41,179 nucleotides of DNA, from positions 1 to 41,179 of the forward strand of contig JAYZDK010000065.1 in NCBI GenBank assembly GCA_036337845.1, written 5' to 3'. The stretch comes from Myxococcota bacterium. Its GTDB lineage: Bacteria; Myxococcota_A; UBA796; CAJQPC01. This document shows positions 1 through 9,380 of the stretch, in pieces. Position numbers and translations under genes: made by a program. Position 1 is the first letter of the stretch, and the number at the start of each line of letters is the position of its first letter. The notes beneath the pieces are model-generated. The model worked only from the letters and a program-made list of their open reading frames with translations. It was not told where the DNA came from and ran no database searches.

Positions 1-1225
1 AGCGACCCGACCGACCCAGGATCACTCCAATCAGCTCATAGGCATCTGCGAACGTAGGTTCCAGGCGAAGTGCATCCGCCAACAAAGCCAAGGCTCCCGG
101 CTCATCCCCCCCAGCAAATACCCGAATGGCCCGGTCATAGAGAAAGGCGACACGAGCCTCGGCATCTGGTGCTCGGTAGAACGGTAAAAGCGCCACAGTG
201 ACGGTCACACCACAGTCAAGCTGGAGCTCCTGCCCCGGAGTCCGCGAAGCCCGATTCAAATACGCCAGCGCTATCGGCGACTCGAGCACGGGAGAGCGCA
301 CCCGAGCACCCACGGCTCCCACAACCTGGCCTTCCACGAGTAGGTCCTCTCCGGGGGCTGGAAGACAGCTCAACGCCTCCTCTCCGGTTTCCGAACCTTT
401 TACCTCCAGTACCAAACCTCTCAGTGCATAGGGCACAGACCCATAGGTCCGGACTCGAGCAATGACCTCCTGGCCGAGGTAGCAGCCTTTGGTGTAGCTC
501 ACGGCATGCTGCTCCAGCCCGGTTTCCGGGAGAAGCCGAGCCCGGCCATCACAGTCCGCCCCAACCCGTATCTGGCCTGCCTCCAGCCGCAGAGTCTCCA
601 GCACGTCGGAGAGCTCCGCACCCTGCAGCACCTGTAGGCCCGCCGCACCCGCCTCTTTCAGGAACTCGGTGGGGTCTGGAGCATCCAATCCAACCAGATA
701 GCCCCGATCGCCCGTGAGGCTACGAACGACCACACGAGCCCCTGGACACTCCACCACCGTGTACTCCGAAAGTGTCGACCAGGCTGTTTCCTCTCCGAGG
801 GCTCCTTCAAGAATGGACTCCCCCGGCCCGCCCTGCAGCGCCAACCACACTCCTGATTCCTCTGAAATCTCCACCTCGTCCGCAAAGAGGTAGGCGTCGA
901 GATCCTCGGCAATTCGGCGAACCCCATCGAGCTCTCCGAGCAACAGGAACACCCCCGCATCACCCTGGTCCGGGAGGCGATGCAGAGAGAAGCTCTCCAC
1001 TAGATGCCCCGTTCGTTTCACCCGGGCATTGAGATTGCCCTGGCCCACCTCAAGTTCCTTCACCTCATTGGTCAGCTGAGAATGCAGGAACGAGCTCGCA
1101 TCGCGACCCTCGATGCGGATCGCCCCGAACCGAGCCAGCCCGTTCAACCCCTCGGTATCTCCAAGCAGTCCACAGAGGCCCTGTTCGCGCGCCGCCCGCG
1201 CAAGCTCATAAACGCCAGTGTTCAC
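1..1225 (-). CDS. ygfZ: YgfZ/GcvT-family folate-binding Fe-S maturation protein with a C-terminal TPR-like extension (3' end runs off the window)
   Basis: Absent from the ORF track; hand-translated from GTG 1225. Contains GRDASSFLHSQLTNEV, SLTGDRGY, the YgfZ signature LLPETGLEQHAVSYTKGCYLGQEVIAR and LPFY, then the TPR-like ALALLADALRLEPTFADAYELIGVILGR. Lies 14 bp downstream of sufA. Confidence 0.88.
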   Translation of the reverse strand, partial: MNTGVYELARAAREQGLCGLLGDTEGLNGLARFGAIRIEGRDASSFLHSQLTNEVKELEVGQGNLNARVKRTGHLVESFSLHRLPDQGDAGVFLLLGELDGVRRIAEDLDAYLFADEVEISEESGVWLALQGGPGESILEGALGEETAWSTLSEYTVVECPGARVVVRSLTGDRGYLVGLDAPDPTEFLKEAGAAGLQVLQGAELSDVLETLRLEAGQIRVGADCDGRARLLPETGLEQHAVSYTKGCYLGQEVIARVRTYGSVPYALRGLVLEVKGSETGEEALSCLPAPGEDLLVEGQVVGAVGARVRSPVLESPIALAYLNRASRTPGQELQLDCGVTVTVALLPFYRAPDAEARVAFLYDRAIRVFAGGDEPGALALLADALRLEPTFADAYELIGVILGRSGR

Positions 1226-1239
1226 AGAACGCCCGAGTG

Positions 1240-1596
1240 TCAGAGAGAGAAGCTCTCCCCACAGCCACAGGTGTTGGTGGCCATGGGGTTCTGAAACACA
1301 AAACCCTTACCTTCCAATCCACCCTGGTGGTCCAAGGTAATGCCAGACAGATAAATCGTGCTCTTTCGATCCAGGAAGACTCGAAAGCCATCCTCCTCAA
1401 TCACCGTGTCCCCTTCCCGTTGCTCGGTGAAGTCCAGCACATAGGACAATCCAGAGCATCCTCCACCCTTGATGCCCAGACGCAGTCCCAGAGCCGGGTT
1501 GCCTTCGTCCCCCAGAAGCTTGCGGACTTGCACGCCAGCACCTTCGGTGATGTTCACCAGGTGTGTGTTCTTCGTGGTGGTCGTTTCAACCGACAT
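1240..1596 (-). CDS. sufA: A-type Fe-S carrier protein (HesB/IscA/SufA family)
   Basis: GGGCSGLSY and NPMATNTCGCGESF motifs; located in the suf operon. Confidence 0.93.
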   Translation of the reverse strand: MSVETTTTKNTHLVNITEGAGVQVRKLLGDEGNPALGLRLGIKGGGCSGLSYVLDFTEQREGDTVIEEDGFRVFLDRKSTIYLSGITLDHQGGLEGKGFVFQNPMATNTCGCGESFSL

Positions 1597-1654
1597 GACA
1601 TCTTCCCCTTCAAGTTCCAGAATCTAGATTCTACCCGCCATAACGGGCAAACTG

Positions 1655-2254
1655 CTACATCAGGTTCAGTTCCAACTGAGCTGCCTCACTCATTAGCTGT
1701 GGTCCCCATGTGGGCTCCCACACGACCTTGACCCGGGCCTCATTGACTCCTTCCACTGCGGCCGACTTCTGCTTGACCTCTTCTGGGAGGGACTGCGCAG
1801 CCGGACAGTTCGGTGAAGTGAGCGTCATGCGAACGGTCACCACCGAGCCCGGACGTACCGCAACCTCGTAGATCAAACCCAACTCATAGATATTGACAGG
1901 AATCTCCGGGTCGAACACCGTTTTGATGGCGCCAATCACGTCTTCGTGGATGCGAGCCGCAGTCTCCTCATCCACTGGCTCCCCATCAAAAACCTCTTCT
2001 TCCTCTTCAGCCACTGGAGCTGGAGCTACCTCCACCTCAGGAGCCTCCACTTCTTCAGTGGGCTCTCGAATCGCCGTAACAATATGTTCCGGGATTTCTT
2101 GTACCTCAGCAGAAGCACCATTGGCGGCCTCGGCTGATGCCTTGGATTCGGCTTCCGAGCGATATACCGGCGGCCGGCTTACCGTACCACCCGACTCACT
2201 GAAGCGCTCTATGGCTCGGCGAGCACCGCGCTTGACTCGATCTCGTAGTCCCAT
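1655..2254 (-). CDS. sufT: SufT (DUF59/MIP18 family) Fe-S assembly protein with a long N-terminal extension
   Basis: VFDPEIPVNIYELGLIY, MTLTSPNCPAAQSLP and WEPTW...MSEAA motifs. Start reassigned to ATG 2254, 8 bp after the sufU stop and behind a GGGG purine run. Confidence 0.88.
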   Translation of the reverse strand: MGLRDRVKRGARRAIERFSESGGTVSRPPVYRSEAESKASAEAANGASAEVQEIPEHIVTAIREPTEEVEAPEVEVAPAPVAEEEEEVFDGEPVDEETAARIHEDVIGAIKTVFDPEIPVNIYELGLIYEVAVRPGSVVTVRMTLTSPNCPAAQSLPEEVKQKSAAVEGVNEARVKVVWEPTWGPQLMSEAAQLELNLM

Positions 2255-2262
2255 GTCTACCC

Positions 2263-2709
2263 CTACTCTGTGGTCACTGGTACCGAATCTTCGGACCAGG
2301 CCGCGCGAGCAGTGTGCCAGCACAAGGTCGCACACTTCACTCGCATTGGAAATTCTCGAACCCCCTCAAAGACCGCGAGCTTGCCCAGGCTCTCGCCACT
2401 GCTGCTCGACTCTCCCTTCACCAGCGAGAGAAACCCCTCCATGAGCGCGTTCGCTCCCGTCACCGACAACCCGGTCAACGCCTCGGTCATCAGAGAGGCC
2501 GATGCCGTCGAGATAGCACACCCCGAGCCTTCAAACCCCGCCCGCTGCACAACGCCTTCCTCCACTTGAAGAAAGACATCGATCGTGTCTCCACAGAGAG
2601 GATTGTCTCCATGGGCCTCACAGTTCGAACCGTCCAGAGGACCGAAGTTCCGCGGCTGTCGATTGTGATCGAGAATTACTTCCTGGTAGAGCTCTCTAAG
2701 TTCACTCAT
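2263..2709 (-). CDS. sufU: SufU (NifU-family) sulfur-transfer/scaffold protein
   Basis: LYQEVILDH, NPLCGD, GCAISTASAS and PMRVKCATL motifs. Confidence 0.95.
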   Translation of the reverse strand: MSELRELYQEVILDHNRQPRNFGPLDGSNCEAHGDNPLCGDTIDVFLQVEEGVVQRAGFEGSGCAISTASASLMTEALTGLSVTGANALMEGFLSLVKGESSSSGESLGKLAVFEGVREFPMRVKCATLCWHTARAAWSEDSVPVTTE

Positions 2710-3950
2710 CGACCCATCATCTCCTTGACCACACCCAGCGCAGTCACCAAGGCATCAATGTCCGCATGAGTGTTGTAGAACGACAAGGACGCTCGAGCCG
2801 TCGCGGGCACCCCCAACCTGTCCATGACCGGCTGAGCACAGTGGTGTCCCGTTCGTATCGCCACACCTTCCATGTCGAGAATGGTGCCAATATCGTGAGG
2901 GTGCACGCCATCGAGCACGAAGGACAGCACGCTCGCCTTCTCCCGTGCCGTGCCGACAAGCCGGAGGCCCGCCACACCCTGGAGTGCCTTGGTGCCATAT
3001 TCAAGCAGCTCTGCCTCGTACGCTGAAACCGCATCCAGGCCAACGGACTGTAGGTATTCAATGGCCGCCCCCAGGCCAATCACGCCCGCAATATTGGGAG
3101 TGCCCGCTTCAAATCGAGCAGGGATATCTGCGTAGGTGGTCTCCTCGAAGGTCACAGACCGGATCATGTCGCCCCCACCCTGCCAGGGTGGAAGAGCGTT
3201 CAAGATCTCCGCGCGTCCCCAGAGCACCCCCACACCGGTCGGGCCAAACAGCTTGTGGCCCGAAAACGCGTAGAAGTCACAGCCTAAGTCAACGACATCC
3301 ACAGGCATGTGGGCGATGGCTTGTGCGCCATCAAGAATGGTCACGGCCCCCTTCTCCCGAGCCGCGCGGATCATTTCCTTCACAGGATTGATGGTACCCA
3401 GCGCGTTGGAGACATGAACCATGGAGAGGATCTTCGTGCGGTCCGACAACAAGGCCTCAAAGGCGGCCATGTCCAGCTCGCCTTCATCGGTGATCGGAAT
3501 CACCTTGAGATGGGCACCTCGAGCAGCACACACAAGCTGCCAAGGAACAATATTGGAGTGGTGCTCCATGCCCGTGATCAGCACCTCGTCTCCAGCCTCA
3601 AGCCGAGAGGTTCCCAGCGTGTTGGCCAACAGGTTCAAGGCCTCAGTGGTCCCTCGGACAAAGACAATCTCGCGTTCCTCGGGCGCATTGATGAACTCCC
3701 GAACAACCCCTCGAACCGCATCATAGGCCGCAGTGGATCGTTGAGAGAGCAGATGCACTCCCCGGTGAATGTTCGCCCGATCATGGATGTGGAAGGACGA
3801 AAGCGTGCTGATGACCGAGCGGGGCACCTGGGTCGTGGCCGCATTGTCCAGGTAGATCAACGGCTTGCCATGCACTTGCTGCTGCAAACACGGAAAGTCT
3901 CGTCGCACGCGCTCCACGTCAAACGCGGTGCTGTGTAGAGCGGTACTCAT
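2706..3950 (-). CDS. sufS: Cysteine desulfurase SufS
   Basis: YLDNAATT, EHHSN, FSGHK (PLP lysine) and RTGHHCAQP (group II desulfurase cysteine). Confidence 0.97.
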   Translation of the reverse strand: MSTALHSTAFDVERVRRDFPCLQQQVHGKPLIYLDNAATTQVPRSVISTLSSFHIHDRANIHRGVHLLSQRSTAAYDAVRGVVREFINAPEEREIVFVRGTTEALNLLANTLGTSRLEAGDEVLITGMEHHSNIVPWQLVCAARGAHLKVIPITDEGELDMAAFEALLSDRTKILSMVHVSNALGTINPVKEMIRAAREKGAVTILDGAQAIAHMPVDVVDLGCDFYAFSGHKLFGPTGVGVLWGRAEILNALPPWQGGGDMIRSVTFEETTYADIPARFEAGTPNIAGVIGLGAAIEYLQSVGLDAVSAYEAELLEYGTKALQGVAGLRLVGTAREKASVLSFVLDGVHPHDIGTILDMEGVAIRTGHHCAQPVMDRLGVPATARASLSFYNTHADIDALVTALGVVKEMMGR

Positions 3951-5254
3951 TCGCCTGACACCTTCTGCAACGCAAGCAGTTGGGCATTGACCAATCGGAC
4001 CGCAAACTCACGAAGAGATTCATCCTCAATGCCGTCCACAATCTCTCGGGCAAAGGCGCCTGTGAGAATCCGCATGGCCTGGTCTCGGGGGATCCCCCGG
4101 CTCCGCATATAGAACAACGCTTCTGAGTCGAGCTGCCCCACGGTCGTACCGTGTGCTGCCTTCACATCGTCTGCAAAGATCTCCAGCTGTGGCTTGGTAT
4201 CCACCCGAGCCGAATCCGAAAGCAGGAGGTTGTGATTCCCCTGGTCGGAGTCGCTCTTCTGGGCATCCTTGTAGACCACGACCCGGCCATTGAACACCCC
4301 GCGAGAACGACCGGCCAGCACTCCTTTATAGAGCTCACGGCTAATGCAGTGCGAAGCCCTGTGGTGAATGGTCGTGTGGTTGTCCGCATGCTGACCATCG
4401 CCCAGAAGGTAGAGCCCTTTGAGGTGGCATTCCGCACCCGGCCCATCCAGACCCACCCCAAGATCGTTGCGAACCCAGCCGCTGCCCAGGGTCATCGTGT
4501 GTACGCCATAGTGACTGTTGCGTTCCTGGCGTACCTCGATGCGATTCACCTGGTGTGCACCCACACCAGCAAGCTGCCAGAGTTGGTGTTCAAGCCCAGC
4601 CCCATCGGCAAGCTCGATCTCGGTCACCCCATTGCTCCAGGTGACTCCATCGCCGCCCAACTCAACCTGCAACAAGCTTGCTCGGGCATTACGGCCCAGC
4701 ACAATCAGGTGACGAGGATGCGCCACGATGGCCTGTTCCGAGGGCTCCGAGATGTGCACCAGCTGAACCATTCCGTTCAACACCACGCCATCGGCGACAG
4801 GAAGAAACAGCCCGTCCTGCAGGAACGCCTGATTCAGCGCAGTAAACGCCTGGTTCTCGGTATCCACCAAGCGACCCAGCTCATGGCCATCTTCTTGAAG
4901 CGCATCTCCCAGCGGGAGCAGTCGCACGCCGTCTTGCAGCTCTCCGAGAGTGGACAGCGAGTCCACCAGGCGCCCATTGATCAGCACCAGCCTCAAGGCC
5001 GCTTCTGGGAGCTCCAAGCCTTCAATTGCCTTGGACGCCACCTCCAAACGGTCGGCGGTAAACGGAGCCTGATCGTGTACATACTCGCCTTCACGCAGCT
5101 GGCGCGTGCTCGTATATTTCCAGTCCTCCAGTCGAGTCGTGGGAAACCCCAACGCTTCAAACTGTTCGCGGCCTTGCGCCCGCACCCCCACAAGCCGCTC
5201 GGATTCAACTCCGACGGAATGGGTATCCACCAGTCTTTGTAGACGTTCCATCAT
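3947..5254 (-). CDS. sufD: Fe-S cluster assembly protein SufD
   Basis: FPTTRLEDWKYT, KPQLEIFADDVKAAHGTTVG and LFYMRSRGI motifs. Confidence 0.95.
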   Translation of the reverse strand: MMERLQRLVDTHSVGVESERLVGVRAQGREQFEALGFPTTRLEDWKYTSTRQLREGEYVHDQAPFTADRLEVASKAIEGLELPEAALRLVLINGRLVDSLSTLGELQDGVRLLPLGDALQEDGHELGRLVDTENQAFTALNQAFLQDGLFLPVADGVVLNGMVQLVHISEPSEQAIVAHPRHLIVLGRNARASLLQVELGGDGVTWSNGVTEIELADGAGLEHQLWQLAGVGAHQVNRIEVRQERNSHYGVHTMTLGSGWVRNDLGVGLDGPGAECHLKGLYLLGDGQHADNHTTIHHRASHCISRELYKGVLAGRSRGVFNGRVVVYKDAQKSDSDQGNHNLLLSDSARVDTKPQLEIFADDVKAAHGTTVGQLDSEALFYMRSRGIPRDQAMRILTGAFAREIVDGIEDESLREFAVRLVNAQLLALQKVSGE

Positions 5255-5994
5255 GCTGCGCCAAACTCCGCGTAACCACGCTCTTCGAGTTCCAAGGCCA
5301 GTGTCTTGTCTCCCGTCTTGACGATGCGACCATCCTTCAAGACATGCACCACATCCGGAACGATGTAGTCGAGCAAGCGCTGATAGTGGGTGACCACCAC
5401 CACAGAACGGTTGGCGTCCCGCATGGAGTTGACTCCCTTGGCCACCACCTGCAAGGCATCGATGTCCAAGCCCGAGTCCGTCTCATCCAACAAGGCCAGC
5501 TTCGGGTCCAACATGACAAGCTGAAGCACTTCATTGCGCTTCTTCTCACCACCGGAGAAACCCACATTCACCATGCGCTGCTTGAAGGAAGCATCCATCT
5601 CCAGCAACTCCATCTTGTCGTTGATCAACGACAGGAAGTCGAACGCATCGAGCTCTGGGAGCCCCTGGTGCTTCCGCCGAGCATTCAGCGCAGTCTTCAG
5701 AAAGTAGGTGTTGCCCACCCCAGGAAGCTCCACGGGGTATTGAAAGGCCAGGAAGATCCCCTCGCAAGCGCGCTCTTCTACGCTCATTGCCAGCACATCT
5801 CGCCCCTCGAACAGCACCTCACCATCGGTGACGGTGTAGCCATCCCGACCGGCCAGCACATGGGCCAGCGTGCTCTTCCCAGAGCCATTTGGCCCCATGA
5901 TGGCATGGACTTCACCGGCCCCGATGTTGAGGTCGAGCCCACGAAGAATAGGAGTGTCCTCCACGGACACATGTAGGTTCTTGATCTGAATCAT
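5251..5994 (-). CDS. sufC: Fe-S cluster assembly ATPase SufC
   Basis: Walker A GPNGSGKST, FSGGEKKRNE and LDETDSGLDID. Confidence 0.97.
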   Translation of the reverse strand: MIQIKNLHVSVEDTPILRGLDLNIGAGEVHAIMGPNGSGKSTLAHVLAGRDGYTVTDGEVLFEGRDVLAMSVEERACEGIFLAFQYPVELPGVGNTYFLKTALNARRKHQGLPELDAFDFLSLINDKMELLEMDASFKQRMVNVGFSGGEKKRNEVLQLVMLDPKLALLDETDSGLDIDALQVVAKGVNSMRDANRSVVVVTHYQRLLDYIVPDVVHVLKDGRIVKTGDKTLALELEERGYAEFGAA

Positions 5995-6039
5995 GAAAAC
6001 GTTCTCGATTAGACAGGTTGGAGAAAAAGCGACTACCGG

Positions 6040-7482
6040 CTATCCGACAGCGCCCTCGAGACTGACTTCCAGGAGCTTCTGAGCCTCCACGGCAAACTCC
6101 ATGGGGAGCTGCCGGAAGACCTCCTTGCAGAATCCATTGACGATGAGGTTGACAGCGTCTTCCTCGGACATGCCGCGCTGGCGACAGTAGAACACCTGGT
6201 CCTCGCTCACCCGGGATGTCGTGGCCTCATGTTCCACAGTCGCCGTCGGGTTCTGGACCTCAATGTAGGGGAAGGTATGGGCGCCACAGGTGTCCCCCAT
6301 CAGCAGGGAGTCACACTGGGTGTGATTTCGAGCGTTGCGTGCCTTGGGGTTGACCTTCACCAGCCCGCGGTAAGACTGGTTTGAAACCCCTGCCGAGATC
6401 CCCTTGGAGACAATCGTGCTGGTGGTATTGGTCCCCAGGTGCACCATCTTGGTTCCGGTATCAGCCTGCTGGTGATTATTGGTCACCGCCACCGAGTAGA
6501 ACTCCCCAATGGAGTCATCTCCCTTGAGCACCACACTGGGGTACTTCCAGGTAATCGCACTACCGGTTTCCACCTGGGTCCAGCAGATCTTGGAGCGCGG
6601 TCCTCGGCACTCACCACGCTTGGTGACAAAGTTGTAGATGCCGCCGACCCCGTTCTCATCACCCGGATACCAGTTCTGAACGGTGGAGTACTTGATGTCG
6701 GCATCGTCGAGAGCCACCAACTCCACAACCGCTGCATGCAGTTGGTTCTCATCACGCATCGGTGCGGTACAACCCTCAAGGTAGGACACCGACGCGCCCT
6801 CTTCCGCCACGATCAAAGTCCGCTCGAACTGCCCGGTGTTCTGCGCGTTGATCCGGAAGTAGGTGGACAGCTCCATGGGGCACTTCACACCCTTGGGAAT
6901 GAAGCAGAAAGACCCATCTGAGAACACCGCCGAGTTCAGTGCCGCGTAGAAGTTGTCGTAAATCGGAACGACGGACCCCAAATACTTGCGCACCAGCTCC
7001 GGGTGTTCACGAACCGCCTCAGAGAACGAACCAAAGATCACGCCGGCTTCTGCCAGGGTGTCCTTGAAGGTGGTGGCTACCGAGACGCTGTCGAACACCG
7101 CATCAACGGCAACCCCTGCAAGAGCGGCCCGCTCATGCAGCGGAATGCCAAGCTTCTCGTAGGTCGCCAGGAGCTCCGGATCGACTTCATCCAGGCTCTT
7201 GGGGGCATCGTCCGGAGACTTGGGCGCCGAGTAATAGATGATCGACTGAAAATCGATGGGCGGGTAGTCCACAAAAGCCCAGTTGGGCTCGGCCATCTTC
7301 TTCCAGACCTCAAAGGCTTTCAGTCTCCAATCCAGAAGCCACTGGGGTTCTTCTTTCTTGGCCGAGATGAACCGCACAATGTCTTCATTGAGACCTGGAG
7401 GAGCCTGGTCCGACTCGATAGGCGTCACAAAACCGTGTTCGTAGCCCTTCTTGAGATGGTCTTTTACAACGGTATTCGACAT
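6040..7482 (-). CDS. sufB: Fe-S cluster assembly protein SufB
   Basis: [39 protein letters not shown] and EHEATTS; no intein seen. Confidence 0.98.
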   Translation of the reverse strand: MSNTVVKDHLKKGYEHGFVTPIESDQAPPGLNEDIVRFISAKKEEPQWLLDWRLKAFEVWKKMAEPNWAFVDYPPIDFQSIIYYSAPKSPDDAPKSLDEVDPELLATYEKLGIPLHERAALAGVAVDAVFDSVSVATTFKDTLAEAGVIFGSFSEAVREHPELVRKYLGSVVPIYDNFYAALNSAVFSDGSFCFIPKGVKCPMELSTYFRINAQNTGQFERTLIVAEEGASVSYLEGCTAPMRDENQLHAAVVELVALDDADIKYSTVQNWYPGDENGVGGIYNFVTKRGECRGPRSKICWTQVETGSAITWKYPSVVLKGDDSIGEFYSVAVTNNHQQADTGTKMVHLGTNTTSTIVSKGISAGVSNQSYRGLVKVNPKARNARNHTQCDSLLMGDTCGAHTFPYIEVQNPTATVEHEATTSRVSEDQVFYCRQRGMSEEDAVNLIVNGFCKEVFRQLPMEFAVEAQKLLEVSLEGAVG

Positions 7483-7484
7483 GA

Positions 7485-7946
7485 TCAGTCCTGTGCTACG
7501 GAGACGGGTCGTTCGCCCTGGACCCCGTAGTCTTGAGAGAACGAGCGGCTAATATCCGACAACGTGATTGCAACCAACGCTGTTCGAACCGCAAGATTGA
7601 TATGGGGCCAGTGAGCCGAGAGCTGGCAATGGCCCACCTCTTCGCAGCCCGCCCCCTCTTCCAGGCTGCACTCGGTAATTCCAATCGGGCCTTCCAATGC
7701 CTCGATAATGGAGGCCACAGTCACAGATTCTGGCTCTACAGCGAGGCTGTAGCCACCGTTCGCACCCCGCTGAGAGACGAGAAGCCCGCGCCGAGTAAGA
7801 AGCTTCAGCAGCTTGGACACCGTGGGCTGGGGAAGGCGGGTCGCCTCGCACACACTGCGAGCGGTATGCTGAACCTCACGATCCTCTCGCGCAAAATGAG
7901 CCAGGATTACGATGCCGTAATCGGTCAGTTTTTTCATGCGAATCAT
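7485..7946 (-). CDS. Rrf2-family SUF system transcriptional regulator (IscR/SufR-like)
   Basis: KLTDYG, wHTH with [11 protein letters not shown], and three Cys ([17 protein letters not shown]); first gene of the suf operon. Confidence 0.9.
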   Translation of the reverse strand: MIRMKKLTDYGIVILAHFAREDREVQHTARSVCEATRLPQPTVSKLLKLLTRRGLLVSQRGANGGYSLAVEPESVTVASIIEALEGPIGITECSLEEGAGCEEVGHCQLSAHWPHINLAVRTALVAITLSDISRSFSQDYGVQGERPVSVAQD

Positions 7947-7958
7947 GGTGTGCCCAGA

Positions 7959-7983
7959 ATACAGGACCGGTTCGGTCCGATAT
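7959..7983. promoter_or_regulatory. Putative Rrf2/IscR-type operator of the suf operon
   Basis: 25-bp imperfect palindrome ATACAGGACCG-GTT-CGGTCCGATAT (9/11 arm match), 12 bp upstream of the regulator ATG; overlaps a minus-strand TATTCT -10-like hexamer. Confidence 0.65.
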
Positions 7984-8053
7984 GGCGGAGACTATCCGCG
8001 AAGAAGGCCACTGTCCACAAGAGAAACCATCTCGTGGCAGGATTGAACCAGAC

Positions 8054-8566
8054 ATGTCGACGACTATTCCAGCCCCCCATCCACCCCCTCCTCAACGCGT
8101 GGCGGACTGGGACCTTCCTCCCTATCGATTTGTCCCCGGCGTCAACCCCCACCCCTTCCGACACCCCGATGGCCACATGTACACCGATGGGTCGGCTCCA
8201 ACGGAGGCCCCTTGGGACCCTGCAGTGGACTGGCACGCGGATCGACTCTGGCTCCGAGGGCTCGACCTCTTTGACCACCGCTACTACTGGGAGGCTCATG
8301 AATGCTGGGAAGCCATTTGGCATTCGGTCCCTCGGGAGGACCCCTTTTTCCTACTGCTACAAGGGCTGATTCAGTCCGCAGCCTATTTGCTCAAAACACA
8401 TATGGGGCATCATGAGGCCGCCGCACGACTGCGGCTGGTTTCCATCGAGAAGCTCTCCGAGGTACTCGCCGCCGAAGACATGCCCTATCGCGGAGTCGAC
8501 CTGAATCACTTCATCGCGCAACTCAACTCATTTGAAAGCTCTGAGGCCTGGCCCCGGCTCGATTAG
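8054..8566 (+). CDS. DUF309 domain protein
   Basis: PPYRFVPG..PHP, GLDLFDHRYYWEAHECWEAIW and LQGLIQ motifs. ATG 8054 preferred because the ORF-track start at 7982 overlaps the operator. Confidence 0.8.
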   Translation: MSTTIPAPHPPPPQRVADWDLPPYRFVPGVNPHPFRHPDGHMYTDGSAPTEAPWDPAVDWHADRLWLRGLDLFDHRYYWEAHECWEAIWHSVPREDPFFLLLQGLIQSAAYLLKTHMGHHEAAARLRLVSIEKLSEVLAAEDMPYRGVDLNHFIAQLNSFESSEAWPRLD

Positions 8567-9330
8567 GCATCGTCGAGTTCAAGCACAATTGGGCAGTGGT
8601 CCGATCCCATGACATCCGAAAGAATGGAGGCCCTCGCAACCCTGGACTTCAAGTCCTCACTCACCAGAAAGTAGTCGATGCGCCAACCTACATTGCGCTC
8701 GCGCACCCCAAAGCGCTGCGACCACCAGGTGTAGTGGCCGTTGTCCTCCTCGAACAAGCGAAAGGTATCCACCAGGCCTGATTCTGTATAGCGGTCCATC
8801 CACTCCCGCTCACAGTCCATAAAGCCAGACACCTTTCGGTTCTGCTTGGGCCTTGCCAGGTCTCGCTCCATATGGGCAGTGTTGAGATCGCCGGTAATCA
8901 CAACCGAGCGCCCCTCCGCACGACGCTGGCCAACCCAATCCAACAGCGCCTCGTAATAGTCGAGCTTGTAAGCCAACCTCTCCGGCCCCTTACCGCCATT
9001 GGGAAAGTACCCGTTGACCAACAGAAAACTTCCAAAGTCGGCCACGAGGGTTCTGCCTTCGTCGGAAAAACGCTTCTCCCCAAAACCCAAGGACACCGAA
9101 ACAGGCTCCTGCCGAGAAAGTATGCCCACGCCGGAATACCCGGGTCGTTGAGCCGGATGCCACCAACTGGAATAGCCCTCAAGCTCATGCACGCCTGGAG
9201 GCACTTGTTCCAGTTTGAGTCGGGTTTCCTGCAAACACAGGATGTCGGGTGCATCCTGCGCAACGAAGTCGAGAAACCCCTTTTTCACACAAGCCCGGAG
9301 GCCATTTACATTCCAGGAAACAATACGCAT
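8563..9330 (-). CDS. xth: Exodeoxyribonuclease III (AP endonuclease)
   Basis: MRIVSWNVNGLRA, LCLQET, GDLNTAH, YTWWS, GWRIDYF and GSDHCP motifs. Confidence 0.96.
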   Translation of the reverse strand: MRIVSWNVNGLRACVKKGFLDFVAQDAPDILCLQETRLKLEQVPPGVHELEGYSSWWHPAQRPGYSGVGILSRQEPVSVSLGFGEKRFSDEGRTLVADFGSFLLVNGYFPNGGKGPERLAYKLDYYEALLDWVGQRRAEGRSVVITGDLNTAHMERDLARPKQNRKVSGFMDCEREWMDRYTESGLVDTFRLFEEDNGHYTWWSQRFGVRERNVGWRIDYFLVSEDLKSRVARASILSDVMGSDHCPIVLELDDA

Positions 9331-9380
9331 AGCTCTGGCTAATCGATCTGCCACAAGCCTGCTTTGGTAGAATGGTGTTC

